Positions 17,902 through 27,657 of a DNA stretch of 64,000 bases are shown piece after piece; positions within the stretch are counted from its first letter, which is position 1; each line of letters starts with the position of its first letter. The position numbers were made by a program, and so were the translations under genes. The notes under the pieces were generated by a model. It was not told the origin of the DNA and did no database searches. It worked only from the letters and a program-made list of their open reading frames with translations. The stretch lies in NCBI GenBank assembly GCA_030603365.1, contig JAUVXV010000008.1, forward strand, positions 64,001 through 128,000, given 5' to 3'. The DNA is from Candidatus Heimdallarchaeota archaeon (lineage in GTDB: Archaea; Asgardarchaeota; Heimdallarchaeia; Heimdallarchaeales; Heimdallarchaeaceae).

Positions 17902-19395
17902 ATGGCAAAAAAAAGTATAGGTACAATTATAGTAAGTGAAGATAATACTCCTAATCCCACTGAATTTAGTTTTGTTTTAACAAAACCAGAGGAGGAATTT
18001 AGGCTTAACAAGGGAATGTATATAGTTGTTCCTACAGACCAAGGAGAGGTAATTGGTACAATTTCTGAACTCTTTAAAACAAATAGATATTTCTCTTCTC
18101 CATCAGCTGTAAGAGCATATGAAACCAGTGGTAAAACCTTAGCTTCGATATTTCCTTCAGACAGATGGGAACACATCATTGCTAAAGCCAAAACACTCGG
18201 AATAATAACAGAAATAGGGATACAGAGATTGTTGTTTCCAGTTTCTCCTGGTGATACTGTTTTTACTCCTGAGAAAAACACCTTAGTGAATTTTCTGGGA
18301 TTAGAAAAAACAAATGGATTAAACATAGGTAAAATTGAACAACATGATCTTGATGTTCATCTTAATCTTACCAGATTATTACAAAAACACGCAGCTATAT
18401 TAGCAATATCTGGAGCAGGAAAATCATATACTGTTTCAGTCCTACTAGAAGAATTATTATCCAGAAAAGCTGAACAAGGTAGAGTTGCAGTCGTTCTTTT
18501 TGATGTTCATGGAGAATATATTGGTTTTGGGGATGGAAAATCTCCATTCTCTAAAGTTGTAAATGTCTTTCCTGGTGCACTAGTTCAATTTGCAACACCA
18601 GCCATTACACCAAGACAATTTGCAGTCTATGAGCCACAAATTACTCCAGCACAATCACGTGAACTGTATCGGACAACTTCAAAATTTTACAAAGAGAAAA
18701 TAAAACAAGGAGAGAGCTATGATATTGCTGATATTATCGCTGAATTAGAAAAGGATGAGCAAATCAATCAGAGAAGTAAGGAAGCCTTAGTAGGATGGTT
18801 GTACAATCTAGAAAGCACAAGATTGTTTGGATCAGCTGAAAATCCTTCATTACAAGAAATCATCCAACCAGGGAAAATAGTAATTTTTGATCTGAGTGAT
18901 TTTACTAGTATTAAACTCAAACAAATGATAGTATATTACATACTCACTAGAATTTTTAATATGAGAAAGAAGTCAGAAATTCCCCCTACTACAATAATTC
19001 TTGAGGAATCTCATCAATTCGCACCTGAAGCAAGACAAGAGTTAGCAATCTCAAAATCCATTGTTGAAACAATCGCTAGAGAGGGCAGAAAATTCTTTAC
19101 TTCATTAGTTCTGGTTAGTCAAAGACCAGTTAAGCTTTCTACTACAGCATTAAGCCAGTGTAACACACATATTATCATGAAAGTTCTCAATCCTTATGAT
19201 TTAGATTTCATCGGTCGTTCTTCTGAAGGAATAGATAGAGCTACATTAAATTCAATTACAACGCTTGGTGTTGGAGAAGCTATTATTGTTGGTAATGCAG
19301 TTAATCATCCTATATTTGTGAAAGTTAGAAAGAGAAAAATAAAAACTTTGGAAACTCAAACATTAGAAGAATCTGCAATAAACTATGAAACATAG
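17902..19395 (+). CDS. herA: HerA-family ATPase/DNA translocase (HAS barrel + ATPase)
   Basis: HAAILAISGAGKS, FDVHGEY, LEESH, AREGRKF and SQRP motifs. ATG 17902 follows a GGTGG SD-like sequence. Confidence 0.92.
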   Translation: MAKKSIGTIIVSEDNTPNPTEFSFVLTKPEEEFRLNKGMYIVVPTDQGEVIGTISELFKTNRYFSSPSAVRAYETSGKTLASIFPSDRWEHIIAKAKTLGIITEIGIQRLLFPVSPGDTVFTPEKNTLVNFLGLEKTNGLNIGKIEQHDLDVHLNLTRLLQKHAAILAISGAGKSYTVSVLLEELLSRKAEQGRVAVVLFDVHGEYIGFGDGKSPFSKVVNVFPGALVQFATPAITPRQFAVYEPQITPAQSRELYRTTSKFYKEKIKQGESYDIADIIAELEKDEQINQRSKEALVGWLYNLESTRLFGSAENPSLQEIIQPGKIVIFDLSDFTSIKLKQMIVYYILTRIFNMRKKSEIPPTTIILEESHQFAPEARQELAISKSIVETIAREGRKFFTSLVLVSQRPVKLSTTALSQCNTHIIMKVLNPYDLDFIGRSSEGIDRATLNSITTLGVGEAIIVGNAVNHPIFVKVRKRKIKTLETQTLEESAINYET

Positions 19396-19475
19396 GACAA
19401 TACGTTGAAAGGTAATTAGTCATCACAAGCTTTTTAAATTACTTTCCTTCAGTCCGATTATAATACTAAAAGTTT

Positions 19476-19718
19476 GTGAATAACATGAGTAGCATTCCCA
19501 TTAACACTCTAAGAAAAGTAATTGGTCAGTATATAATCATTCGACTTAAAGATAATGTAAAGTATAAAGGAAAACTAGTAAGTTTTGATCAGTATATGAA
19601 TTGTCACCTTAGTGACGCAATAGAGATAATTGCAGGTGAAGAAGTCTCCAGATATGGGAATATCTTCGTTAGAGGAAATAATATTCTTCTAGTTCAATTA
19701 GCAGTAGATGAGCTCTAG
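19476..19718 (+). CDS. Sm-like archaeal protein (SmAP/Lsm)
   Basis: Sm1 GKLVSFDQYMNxxL and Sm2 FVRGNNI; likely ATG start at 19485. Confidence 0.93.
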   Translation: MNNMSSIPINTLRKVIGQYIIIRLKDNVKYKGKLVSFDQYMNCHLSDAIEIIAGEEVSRYGNIFVRGNNILLVQLAVDEL

Positions 19719-19719
19719 A

Positions 19720-21849
19720 TTATTCATCAATTTCTTCATCTTTTTTTTGTGAAGGCAAGGTTTTCTTCCTTTCACGAGTTACTTTATTATCATAATCTGA
19801 GAGTTCCTTTTCTCTTTCCCTTCTATATTCAACAATTAAACTATCCAAAAAAGTTTCTTTCTTTTCAGTGATTATGGTGTCTATTTCTTCTTGAGCAACT
19901 TCAATGAGTTTGGTCATATCGCTTTCTTTTATGACAGCAATCTCATCAATTCTGATAATTTCTACGTCCCCAGAATTAACTAATGAGAGTTGAGATTCAA
20001 TCAGCTGTTTTTTTGCATTGTATGAGAATTGATCAATATTACCGATTATAGCTTTAATCCTATATGAAAGAAGTTTAGCTGCTGTTTGAGCTCCTCCTCC
20101 AGTTGTATCCAAAATATACACAATATCTCCTGGACCCAAAGTATAATTATCAGCTGTTCGTTCGATTTCCTCTTGAGTGAACTTTCTTATAACTTTGAGA
20201 GGAAACCATCCTCTACCACCGCGTAACCAGGCAACACGTTTCAGCTCATCTATTCTATCAGCTGACCGTTCGATTTCCATTTCTAAATGTTCAATTTGTT
20301 CTTTAAGATGTGAAATCTGATTCTGTTGAATTATGTATGCTTTTTCTCGCTGAATTTGTTCTACGTATTCAGTTCTACCCTCATCTAATCTAAATTGCAT
20401 ACTTTCTGTTTTTTCTTCCAAATTCTTAACTTCAATATAGAGTTCAGTATTTTTGCCTCTTTCCCAGTCTAATTGGTCTCTAATATCATTAATTTGTTTC
20501 TGTAATTGTTCAACGTCTGGAGAAGATATTTTTTCTGCAACCTTTGCTTTCACAATTTTTTTCTCGGGTTGTTTTTCATCAGCTAATGATTGATCTATAA
20601 CTTGAACTGCTTCGATTATTGATTTTCCTTTTACGATATTATCCTTAATTTCATCTCGTAAAGCTTTATCATATATGTCTCGATATTTTCTCTCAATGTT
20701 ATCAAATTCAGATTTAAACTTATTATAGCCTTTATAAGCAGAAGCTAAGGAATCTCGCTGATGAGCATTTCTAATAACAACACCGAGTTGCATTGCTAAT
20801 TTCCTCGCAATCTCATTCTTTTCGGAAACAGTCATCACACTTCTGGGGGTATATAATCGTGCATTCAGTGCTGAAGCAATTTTTTCCACATATCCTGGAT
20901 AAGGGTATACATCAACACAAACGAGAGATGGTTTTCCATATTGAGTGATTTCTCTTATAACTTGACCTCTACTAGCTTCTCTAATACTTTTAATTTTCAG
21001 TATTCTACCATTTAGATCCATAATTGAGAGACCTACTGTTAAACCTGGATCTATGCCAACAATAAGTCTTCTAAGTGATGATTTTAGTTTAACTTGTTGT
21101 GATAGCGGAATGAATTCTACTCTTTCTTTATTTACAGGAAAAATTTGTACTTGACAAAGTTCACCTCTTTGTTTTTTTATTATTTTCGTAATTTTTGCAA
21201 TAGAAGAATATACACTAAAAACCACTTTTTGTGCACCGAATTTACTCCTTGAAACTCTTTTATCAAAATCAAAATGTTGTTCAATTAATAAGTTTTCAAT
21301 CTTTTTCGCTTCTTGATTTACAGCTGTATCCATGGATCGTCCATATCTTTTTTGCGACCAACCACCTGGTCCTTTTGATCTTGATCTAGAAACAACAATT
21401 TTGGTTTCATCCTCAAAAGGTTCTATGATATACCCAAGTTTTCTACTGGAAAGAATTGCACATGCTTCTGCCGCTGCAAGTGGAGATAATTTACCTGATA
21501 CATCCAAACCATTCTGTTTCATTAATCTTGAAAGAGAAGTAAATCCATGAATAGGTGACCCTGTGACTTGAATGAGTTTAGTTGTTGGTAATAATTGGAG
21601 ACATAGATGAGGAATCTGCGAGGGACTTTTCACTAATTCATAGATATTATCACTGGCAATATACATTGCTTGAGAGCTCTTTACAATAGCTATTAATTTC
21701 TGAAGATTCACTTTATCGAATTTCTGGATAACATTCTTGTTGGTTCCATCATAAACACAAACAGCATAATGAGCTCCTCTTGCTGCTGATGTACTAGGAA
21801 GTATATCAACTCCAACAGAAATTATATCTGATTCCGATATTATTATCAC
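19720..21849 (-). CDS. DUF460 family protein (RNase H-fold domains + coiled coil)
   Basis: VGVDI, LIQVTG, GPGGWSQxRY, IVGIDPGxTVG and HQRDSLA motifs; long coiled coil. Confidence 0.85.
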   Translation of the reverse strand: MIIISESDIISVGVDILPSTSAARGAHYAVCVYDGTNKNVIQKFDKVNLQKLIAIVKSSQAMYIASDNIYELVKSPSQIPHLCLQLLPTTKLIQVTGSPIHGFTSLSRLMKQNGLDVSGKLSPLAAAEACAILSSRKLGYIIEPFEDETKIVVSRSRSKGPGGWSQKRYGRSMDTAVNQEAKKIENLLIEQHFDFDKRVSRSKFGAQKVVFSVYSSIAKITKIIKKQRGELCQVQIFPVNKERVEFIPLSQQVKLKSSLRRLIVGIDPGLTVGLSIMDLNGRILKIKSIREASRGQVIREITQYGKPSLVCVDVYPYPGYVEKIASALNARLYTPRSVMTVSEKNEIARKLAMQLGVVIRNAHQRDSLASAYKGYNKFKSEFDNIERKYRDIYDKALRDEIKDNIVKGKSIIEAVQVIDQSLADEKQPEKKIVKAKVAEKISSPDVEQLQKQINDIRDQLDWERGKNTELYIEVKNLEEKTESMQFRLDEGRTEYVEQIQREKAYIIQQNQISHLKEQIEHLEMEIERSADRIDELKRVAWLRGGRGWFPLKVIRKFTQEEIERTADNYTLGPGDIVYILDTTGGGAQTAAKLLSYRIKAIIGNIDQFSYNAKKQLIESQLSLVNSGDVEIIRIDEIAVIKESDMTKLIEVAQEEIDTIITEKKETFLDSLIVEYRREREKELSDYDNKVTRERKKTLPSQKKDEEIDE

Positions 21850-22748
21850 CTCTTTTTCTTACCAATAATGTATTCTATCACAGTTTCAGAATCATCTGTA
21901 CTAACTCCCCATTTCTTACCAAAATAGTCTAAGAAATGGTCAAAATCCCGTCTCAAGAAGTTGTCTGCTTCTGGATGATCTATCTCAACAGCTTGAGGAA
22001 AATCAATTATTATGACCTGTTCATTTCTTTCATCAAACATTATATTGTACTCTGTTAGATCTGCGTGAACTAAGTTGTATTTCTGATAAAGCGTTTTAGC
22101 AAACTCAATTATCTTTTCGAGAACTTTGATTGGTTTTTTTATTTTTCTCACATTAATTAATTCAATACCTTCGATTACATTCATAGCTATGATGTGACGA
22201 TTATGGCCTTTCACATCTGGAATTGGTAAATTCTCATTCTGGAGTTTCTTTAGGATTGTAAATTCTCTCTTTGCTGATGAAGCAGCTGTTGAGAATATGG
22301 AATAATGAAATCTTCCTTCCAAAAAATTTCTTTTTCGTTTAATTTGATGAAAACTTGCTCTACCTGTTCTATTTATTTTGAGCATAATTTCATTATTATC
22401 GAAATCTATTGCATGATAAATGTCACTTTCTTTTCCTACTCCCCTAGAATTGCCAACGCCGTATACTATCTTCTTATTGTAAAGAGTGTTTAAAGCTAGT
22501 GCATCAAATCCAGATAAGGTTAAAGAATAACCTATGAAATAACCTGACCACCTTCGTATTAGTTTTAGTTTATTCAATTTTGATAAAATTAAATCTACAT
22601 CTTTAGCTCTATAACCAGAAAAAGTGACTATTTTGTCAACAGGAGCATATTCACCTTTACGTAAAAGAGTTTCAACCATATTCAATACTCTGAAGTCCAT
22701 ATTTGATAGTTCTTTGAGAACTCTCGCTCCGCGTAAGGTTATAGGCAT
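21846..22748 (-). CDS. rio2: RIO2-type atypical Ser/Thr kinase (N-terminal wHTH)
   Basis: DFRVL..GYxLTxxGFDALAL wHTH, GVGKESDIY, HADLTEYNI and IIDFPQ motifs. Start reassigned to ATG 22748. Confidence 0.92.
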   Translation of the reverse strand: MPITLRGARVLKELSNMDFRVLNMVETLLRKGEYAPVDKIVTFSGYRAKDVDLILSKLNKLKLIRRWSGYFIGYSLTLSGFDALALNTLYNKKIVYGVGNSRGVGKESDIYHAIDFDNNEIMLKINRTGRASFHQIKRKRNFLEGRFHYSIFSTAASSAKREFTILKKLQNENLPIPDVKGHNRHIIAMNVIEGIELINVRKIKKPIKVLEKIIEFAKTLYQKYNLVHADLTEYNIMFDERNEQVIIIDFPQAVEIDHPEADNFLRRDFDHFLDYFGKKWGVSTDDSETVIEYIIGKKKR

Positions 22749-22802
22749 CAATATGTTGTAAGAGTAGGACTTAAAATTCTTTTCTTTCATAATGTTATTT
22801 AG

Positions 22803-23348
22803 ATGAATACCAAAAAGTTCGAGGTAGCACGAAGGTACAATGAAACAGCTGATGCTTATGACAAACGATATACAAAAATTCAACATACAAAATTTAGAGA
22901 AGTTTTACCTGAGCTTGATTTTCAAAAACATGAAATAATTGTAGACATTGGAGGAGGGACTGGACTCCTAATTGATTTTTTAAAGGATATTGAACAAAAC
23001 ATAATTGTATGTGATCTCTCTTATGAGATGCTGAAGATAGGAAAGAATAAACATAAGCGATGTCATTTTATTTGTGCTGATAGTGAATCACTTCCTTTAA
23101 GGCAATCATGTTCTCAAAAAACGTTTTACTTCTCTGTATTGCAGAATCTAGAAGAATCAGATCAGACATTAAGAGAAGGTTTCAGAATTCTACAAAATAA
23201 TGGATACATTGTAGTAACTGCATTAACAAAAATCTTTGAAGAAGAAAAATTAAAGCAAATTCTAGAAAAGATTGAATTTAAAATCAAAAAAATATGGGTT
23301 CTCTCAATAGAGGATATAGCCGTTTTAGCGAAAAAAAAGAAGAAATAA
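22803..23348 (+). CDS. Class I SAM-dependent methyltransferase
   Basis: VDIGGGTG, DLSxxML and ADSESLP motifs. Confidence 0.88.
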   Translation: MNTKKFEVARRYNETADAYDKRYTKIQHTKFREVLPELDFQKHEIIVDIGGGTGLLIDFLKDIEQNIIVCDLSYEMLKIGKNKHKRCHFICADSESLPLRQSCSQKTFYFSVLQNLEESDQTLREGFRILQNNGYIVVTALTKIFEEEKLKQILEKIEFKIKKIWVLSIEDIAVLAKKKKK

Positions 23349-23351
23349 AAA

Positions 23352-23633
23352 CTAAAGAATGGTAAGAATAATCTTATTTACTTTAGTCTTACAGACTTTT
23401 CTTACTCCATGAGCCCCAGGTTCATATCTTGATTCAAGTACTCCAGCTCTTTCCAGATATTTAATCTGAGCAGAAGTATTTGCTTCTGTTTGTTTCATTC
23501 TCTTAGCTATACTTGAAATGTCCATTTCTTTATCAAGCAGCAATTTCACGATATTAAACCTTGTAGGAGAAGATAAGGCTTTTGCTAGTGCAATTATTTG
23601 CTTCTCATCGCTTAGTTCTAGTGTTTCAGTCAA
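23352..23633 (-). CDS. ArsR-family wHTH transcriptional regulator
   Basis: KALSSPTRxxIxxLL...IA...ANxSxQIxxLExAG pattern. Confidence 0.88.
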   Translation of the reverse strand: MTETLELSDEKQIIALAKALSSPTRFNIVKLLLDKEMDISSIAKRMKQTEANTSAQIKYLERAGVLESRYEPGAHGVRKVCKTKVNKIILTIL

Positions 23634-23890
23634 TTCAAAACCACCCCATAAATTCAGATTATATTAAAATATCAATTATTTAAATATACTGCTCGGTAAA
23701 CAAAAAAATGAGTAAAAGATTTATAAACCATAAAGGTGTAGGTTATTAATTTTTGATTTAATTTACTATTGCTTATTAATTCAAGTAGTTGTTTTAGCAA
23801 CTGTATAAGAATCTTCCACATTAATAGTTAAATCTAAATACTGATTAAAGTGAATATTACCATACTCTAAGCAAGTAGGATGGAAATCTC

Positions 23891-25003
23891 ATGAGTCTCA
23901 CTATTGATGAAAAAATCACCAAAATTGAAGATGAGATTAGGGAAACCCCTAAAAATAAAGCTACAGAGAAGCATATTGGGGTTTTGAAATCTAAACTTGC
24001 TAAATGGAGAAGGAAAAAACTTGACCAACAGCTTTCATCAAAATCAGGGACAAGTTATGGATTTGATGTTAAAAAGGCTGGTGATGGCTCAGCTGTTCTC
24101 ATAGGTTTCCCCTCAACAGGTAAGTCTACTTTGTTGTCCAATATTACAAGCAAAATATCAAAAATAGGTGCCTACGATTTTACAACTACTACTGCCATTC
24201 CAGGCATAATGGAGCACCGAGGTACTCAAGTACAATTAATAGATCTTCCAGGTATAATTGAGGATGCTAGTAAGGGTAAAGGTAGAGGCAAAGAAATTTT
24301 AGCAGTTGCACGTAGTATAGATTTAATTGTTCTCCTTCTTGAATATAAGTATGCTGAAGAGATTTATTCGAAAATACTTAATGAATTGAGTAAAGTAGCA
24401 ATTCGTCCAGGTCAAACTAAACCTGATATTAAAATTACAAAGAAAGAGAGAGGAGGTATAGCCCTCTCAACTATATCAAAATTAAAACAGATGTCTGAAC
24501 AAACTTTCGTAAATATACTTAGAGAATACAAGGTCATGAATGCTGCAGTTACAGTAAGATGTGATCCTACTATGGATGAATTAATTGACGTACTTGAAGG
24601 AAACAGAGTTTATCCAAAACTTCTAATTGTAATAAATAAAATCGATTTAATTTCTGCTAGACAAATTACACGGTTGAGGAGAAAATTCCCAAATGCAGTT
24701 TTTATTAGTGCTCTCAAGGAAGAAAATCTCGATTTGCTAAAAGACACAATAATTGATGAATTGGAACTTATTCAAGTATATTTAAAGAAACAGAGAGCAA
24801 AGACTGATTATGAAGAACCTTTGATAATCACAAGTGGTTCTACAATTAAGGATGTTTGTAACAAAATCCATAGAAAATTTAAGAAACAATTTCGTTATGC
24901 AGTGGTTTCAGGACCTAGCTCTAAGCATCCAAATCAGAGAGTTGGATTAGATCACACTATCCAAGAAGGCGATGTAATCACAATTATTGTTAAACAATTT
25001 TAA
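23891..25003 (+). CDS. DRG/Rbg-family OBG GTPase with TGS domain
   Basis: TPKNKATExH, GFPSTGKS, YDFTT, DLPG, NKID and QRVGLDH motifs. Confidence 0.95.
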   Translation: MSLTIDEKITKIEDEIRETPKNKATEKHIGVLKSKLAKWRRKKLDQQLSSKSGTSYGFDVKKAGDGSAVLIGFPSTGKSTLLSNITSKISKIGAYDFTTTTAIPGIMEHRGTQVQLIDLPGIIEDASKGKGRGKEILAVARSIDLIVLLLEYKYAEEIYSKILNELSKVAIRPGQTKPDIKITKKERGGIALSTISKLKQMSEQTFVNILREYKVMNAAVTVRCDPTMDELIDVLEGNRVYPKLLIVINKIDLISARQITRLRRKFPNAVFISALKEENLDLLKDTIIDELELIQVYLKKQRAKTDYEEPLIITSGSTIKDVCNKIHRKFKKQFRYAVVSGPSSKHPNQRVGLDHTIQEGDVITIIVKQF

Positions 25004-25015
25004 TTTAAGATATTC

Positions 25016-26575
25016 TTATTTTTGATAAGCTATTTTTCCACCGACTATTGTGTAGTTTATGTCCACATCATGAAATCTTTCAACATCAAGTTCATCTAAA
25101 TTGTGACTGAGTATAACAATATCTGCAAGTTTTCCTTCTTCTATTGATCCTTTTAATCTCTCTTCCCCTGAGACTTTTGCAGGATAAAGAGTATAACATC
25201 TAATAGCTTCTTCGAGCGTTAATCTTAATTTCTTATTTGGATGAAATAATGCTCCTTTCATACCATATAGGGGGCCTAATGGCATTCCATCGCTTCCAAA
25301 AACAATCAGTTGATCATTATCTTGAACCCATCGGAAAGGATTATTGATCATTGTTCGTTCTGTTCCTATTCTTTGCTCATACATCCCATTAACGCCAACC
25401 ATTCCCCATCTCCAAACAAAGTTAGGTTGCATTGAATAAACTAAGCCGTATTCCTTGGATCGTTCTATATCTTCCAATAATAGAAGTTCTGCATGTTCTA
25501 TTCGGTGGAGAGCTTGTCTGCATTCTTCTGGTTTAATATTTTTCATAATTGCTGTTATCAGATTTGATATTGCTTTATCGCCTATTGCATGTGCTGCGAT
25601 TTGAATATTAGCCTTATGCACTTTACTAACCATCTCATCTAATCTTTGCTCATCATAAAGAGCAAATCCTTTTTCACCCTCTAAATCAGAATAATCATCA
25701 AAAAGATAAGCTGTTCTAGAGCTGATAGCTCCATCAGTCATCAGTTTGCATGCGCCTATCCTAAACCATTTATCTCCAAAATCTCTTTGTAATCGTAATT
25801 TTATTGCTTCATCAATCATATCTTCGTAAATAATTCCGTAAATTCTGATCAATAATTCTTTTTTGTCAGAGAGATATTTGTAGGCTGGAAGATTCTCAAA
25901 TGTGATATTATCATGAACAGATGTTATCCCTAAACTTAAACACTCATCCATTCCGAACTTCAATCCTTTTATAAAATCATCAAATTTGGGTCTAATTTCT
26001 GTTTTACCTGAAAGTTCTACATCTCTCAAAGTACCTGTTGGGTTTCCCTGTTCATCAACGTCTACTCCCTTTTGATTAATGTCAAGAGCTAAACGTTGAA
26101 AACCAAGAGTATTTACGGTTTCAAAGTGACCCGAAACATGTCGAAGAATCACCGGATTTTCAGGGCTTACTGGGTCTAAATCTTCAGCTGTAATGTAACG
26201 CTGTTCTGACCAATTGCTTTGATCCCATGACCTTCCAATAATCCACTCACCAGTCTCTTTTTTTTCTACCTCTTGCTGAACAAGATCTATTGCTTCTTGT
26301 AAGCTTTTAGTAGATCCTAAATCCAAGTAAATTTTATTCATTCCATTCCAGGCAATATGTGTATGAGCATCTATAAACCCTGGAATAACAGTTTCATAAT
26401 TCAGATTGATAACCTTAGTTTCTGGACCAATTAGTGTTTCAATTTCTTCATTGCTACCAACTTTTAAAATGGTATCTTGATAAACTGCTATTGCTTCAGC
26501 TCTAGGTTGCTTTTCATTTATTGTCCATACATTTGCTTTTTGAATAATAAAATCTGCAAACAGCTGTTTCGACAT
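25016..26575 (-). CDS. Amidohydrolase 3 (YtcJ-like)
   Basis: PGFIDAHTH, KLMTDGAISSRTA, HAIGD, RIEHAE, GSD and GKLAD motifs. Confidence 0.9.
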   Translation of the reverse strand: MSKQLFADFIIQKANVWTINEKQPRAEAIAVYQDTILKVGSNEEIETLIGPETKVINLNYETVIPGFIDAHTHIAWNGMNKIYLDLGSTKSLQEAIDLVQQEVEKKETGEWIIGRSWDQSNWSEQRYITAEDLDPVSPENPVILRHVSGHFETVNTLGFQRLALDINQKGVDVDEQGNPTGTLRDVELSGKTEIRPKFDDFIKGLKFGMDECLSLGITSVHDNITFENLPAYKYLSDKKELLIRIYGIIYEDMIDEAIKLRLQRDFGDKWFRIGACKLMTDGAISSRTAYLFDDYSDLEGEKGFALYDEQRLDEMVSKVHKANIQIAAHAIGDKAISNLITAIMKNIKPEECRQALHRIEHAELLLLEDIERSKEYGLVYSMQPNFVWRWGMVGVNGMYEQRIGTERTMINNPFRWVQDNDQLIVFGSDGMPLGPLYGMKGALFHPNKKLRLTLEEAIRCYTLYPAKVSGEERLKGSIEEGKLADIVILSHNLDELDVERFHDVDINYTIVGGKIAYQK

Positions 26576-26677
26576 AAATGCACATATTTCATTGCAGTTT
26601 TAAATTCTACTGTCTAGTGAAAGGTAAAATAGAAAGAAAATAATATATATTGACTATTTCCTTTCATCAAGGGAACA

Positions 26678-27574
26678 ATGACAAAAATTGCTATCATATC
26701 TACCGATAATAGATTTGAAGGAACTGTTCAAGCAATTGACCTTCTTGGAATTAATCCAGTAGAAGGAAAAGAAGTTATTCTAAAACCAAATTTCAATACA
26801 GCTGATCCACCACCTGCTTCCTCATCTGTTGAAACACTAAAATCATTAATTATCAAATTAAAACAAATGGGTGCCAAGTCTATCACTTTAGCTGAGAGAA
26901 GTGGCCCTACTGATACACGTAAGTGTTTTGAACAGAAAGGTATGTTTGAACTTGCAAAGGAATTAGAATTTGAGCTCGTGAACCTAGCAGAACTACCAGT
27001 AGAAGAATTCGTTCTTTTAACTCCTGAAAATAGTTATTGGAATGAAGGGTTTCTATTTCCTAAAATATATCACAATGCTGAATGCATAGTTGAAACTTGT
27101 TGCCTCAAAACACATCAATTTGGTGGTCATTTCACAATGGCACTCAAGAATGCCACAGGTTTGGTACCAAAAAGAAATCTTAATGGTACTGCATATATGC
27201 AAGTTTTGCATAATTCTGAAAACCCAAGAAAGATGATAGCAGATATTAATAGTGTTTTTTCTCCTGATTTGATTGTTCTAGATGGAGTCTCTGCATTTGT
27301 TGATGGAGGTCCAGCTAGAGGAACACAAAAGGAACCTAATATTATGATGGCTGGAACAGATAGAATCGCGATAGATGCAGTTGGTGTAGCTATTTTGAGA
27401 ATGCTAGGAACAACTCCTGAGGTTAGTGAAGGTAAGATATTCGAGCAAGAACAAATAGCCCGAGCAGTTGAACTAGGTATAGGTGTAAGTTCAGCCAAGG
27501 AAATAGAAATATTAACTAATAGTGATCAAGCTAACAATATGGCTGAAAAAATCTATGAACAGCTACTCAAATAG
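26678..27574 (+). CDS. DUF362 family protein
   Basis: LKPNFN, LKTH, TMALKN, GGP and DxxAIDAV motifs. Confidence 0.85.
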   Translation: MTKIAIISTDNRFEGTVQAIDLLGINPVEGKEVILKPNFNTADPPPASSSVETLKSLIIKLKQMGAKSITLAERSGPTDTRKCFEQKGMFELAKELEFELVNLAELPVEEFVLLTPENSYWNEGFLFPKIYHNAECIVETCCLKTHQFGGHFTMALKNATGLVPKRNLNGTAYMQVLHNSENPRKMIADINSVFSPDLIVLDGVSAFVDGGPARGTQKEPNIMMAGTDRIAIDAVGVAILRMLGTTPEVSEGKIFEQEQIARAVELGIGVSSAKEIEILTNSDQANNMAEKIYEQLLK

Positions 27575-27657
27575 AATTAAACATTCATTTATAGTGCTAG
27601 ATATTTTAGCTATCAATGCTAAGATGATAAAGAATCATATACAAAAGTGAAGATATA

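Noticed and set aside
16746-19395. NurA-HerA as an anti-phage defence system
   Set aside because: Housekeeping context with no defence-island genes; the canonical repair pair is more parsimonious
22749-22886. 46-aa N-terminal extension of RIO2 in the ORF track
   Set aside because: Overlaps the divergent methyltransferase start and the shared promoter gap; RIO2 similarity begins after ATG 22748
23634-23890. 257-bp AT-rich spacer with short palindrome AGTTG...CAACT as an ncRNA or operator
   Set aside because: Only a 5-bp arm in AT-rich DNA; explained by divergent promoters of the ArsR and DRG genes
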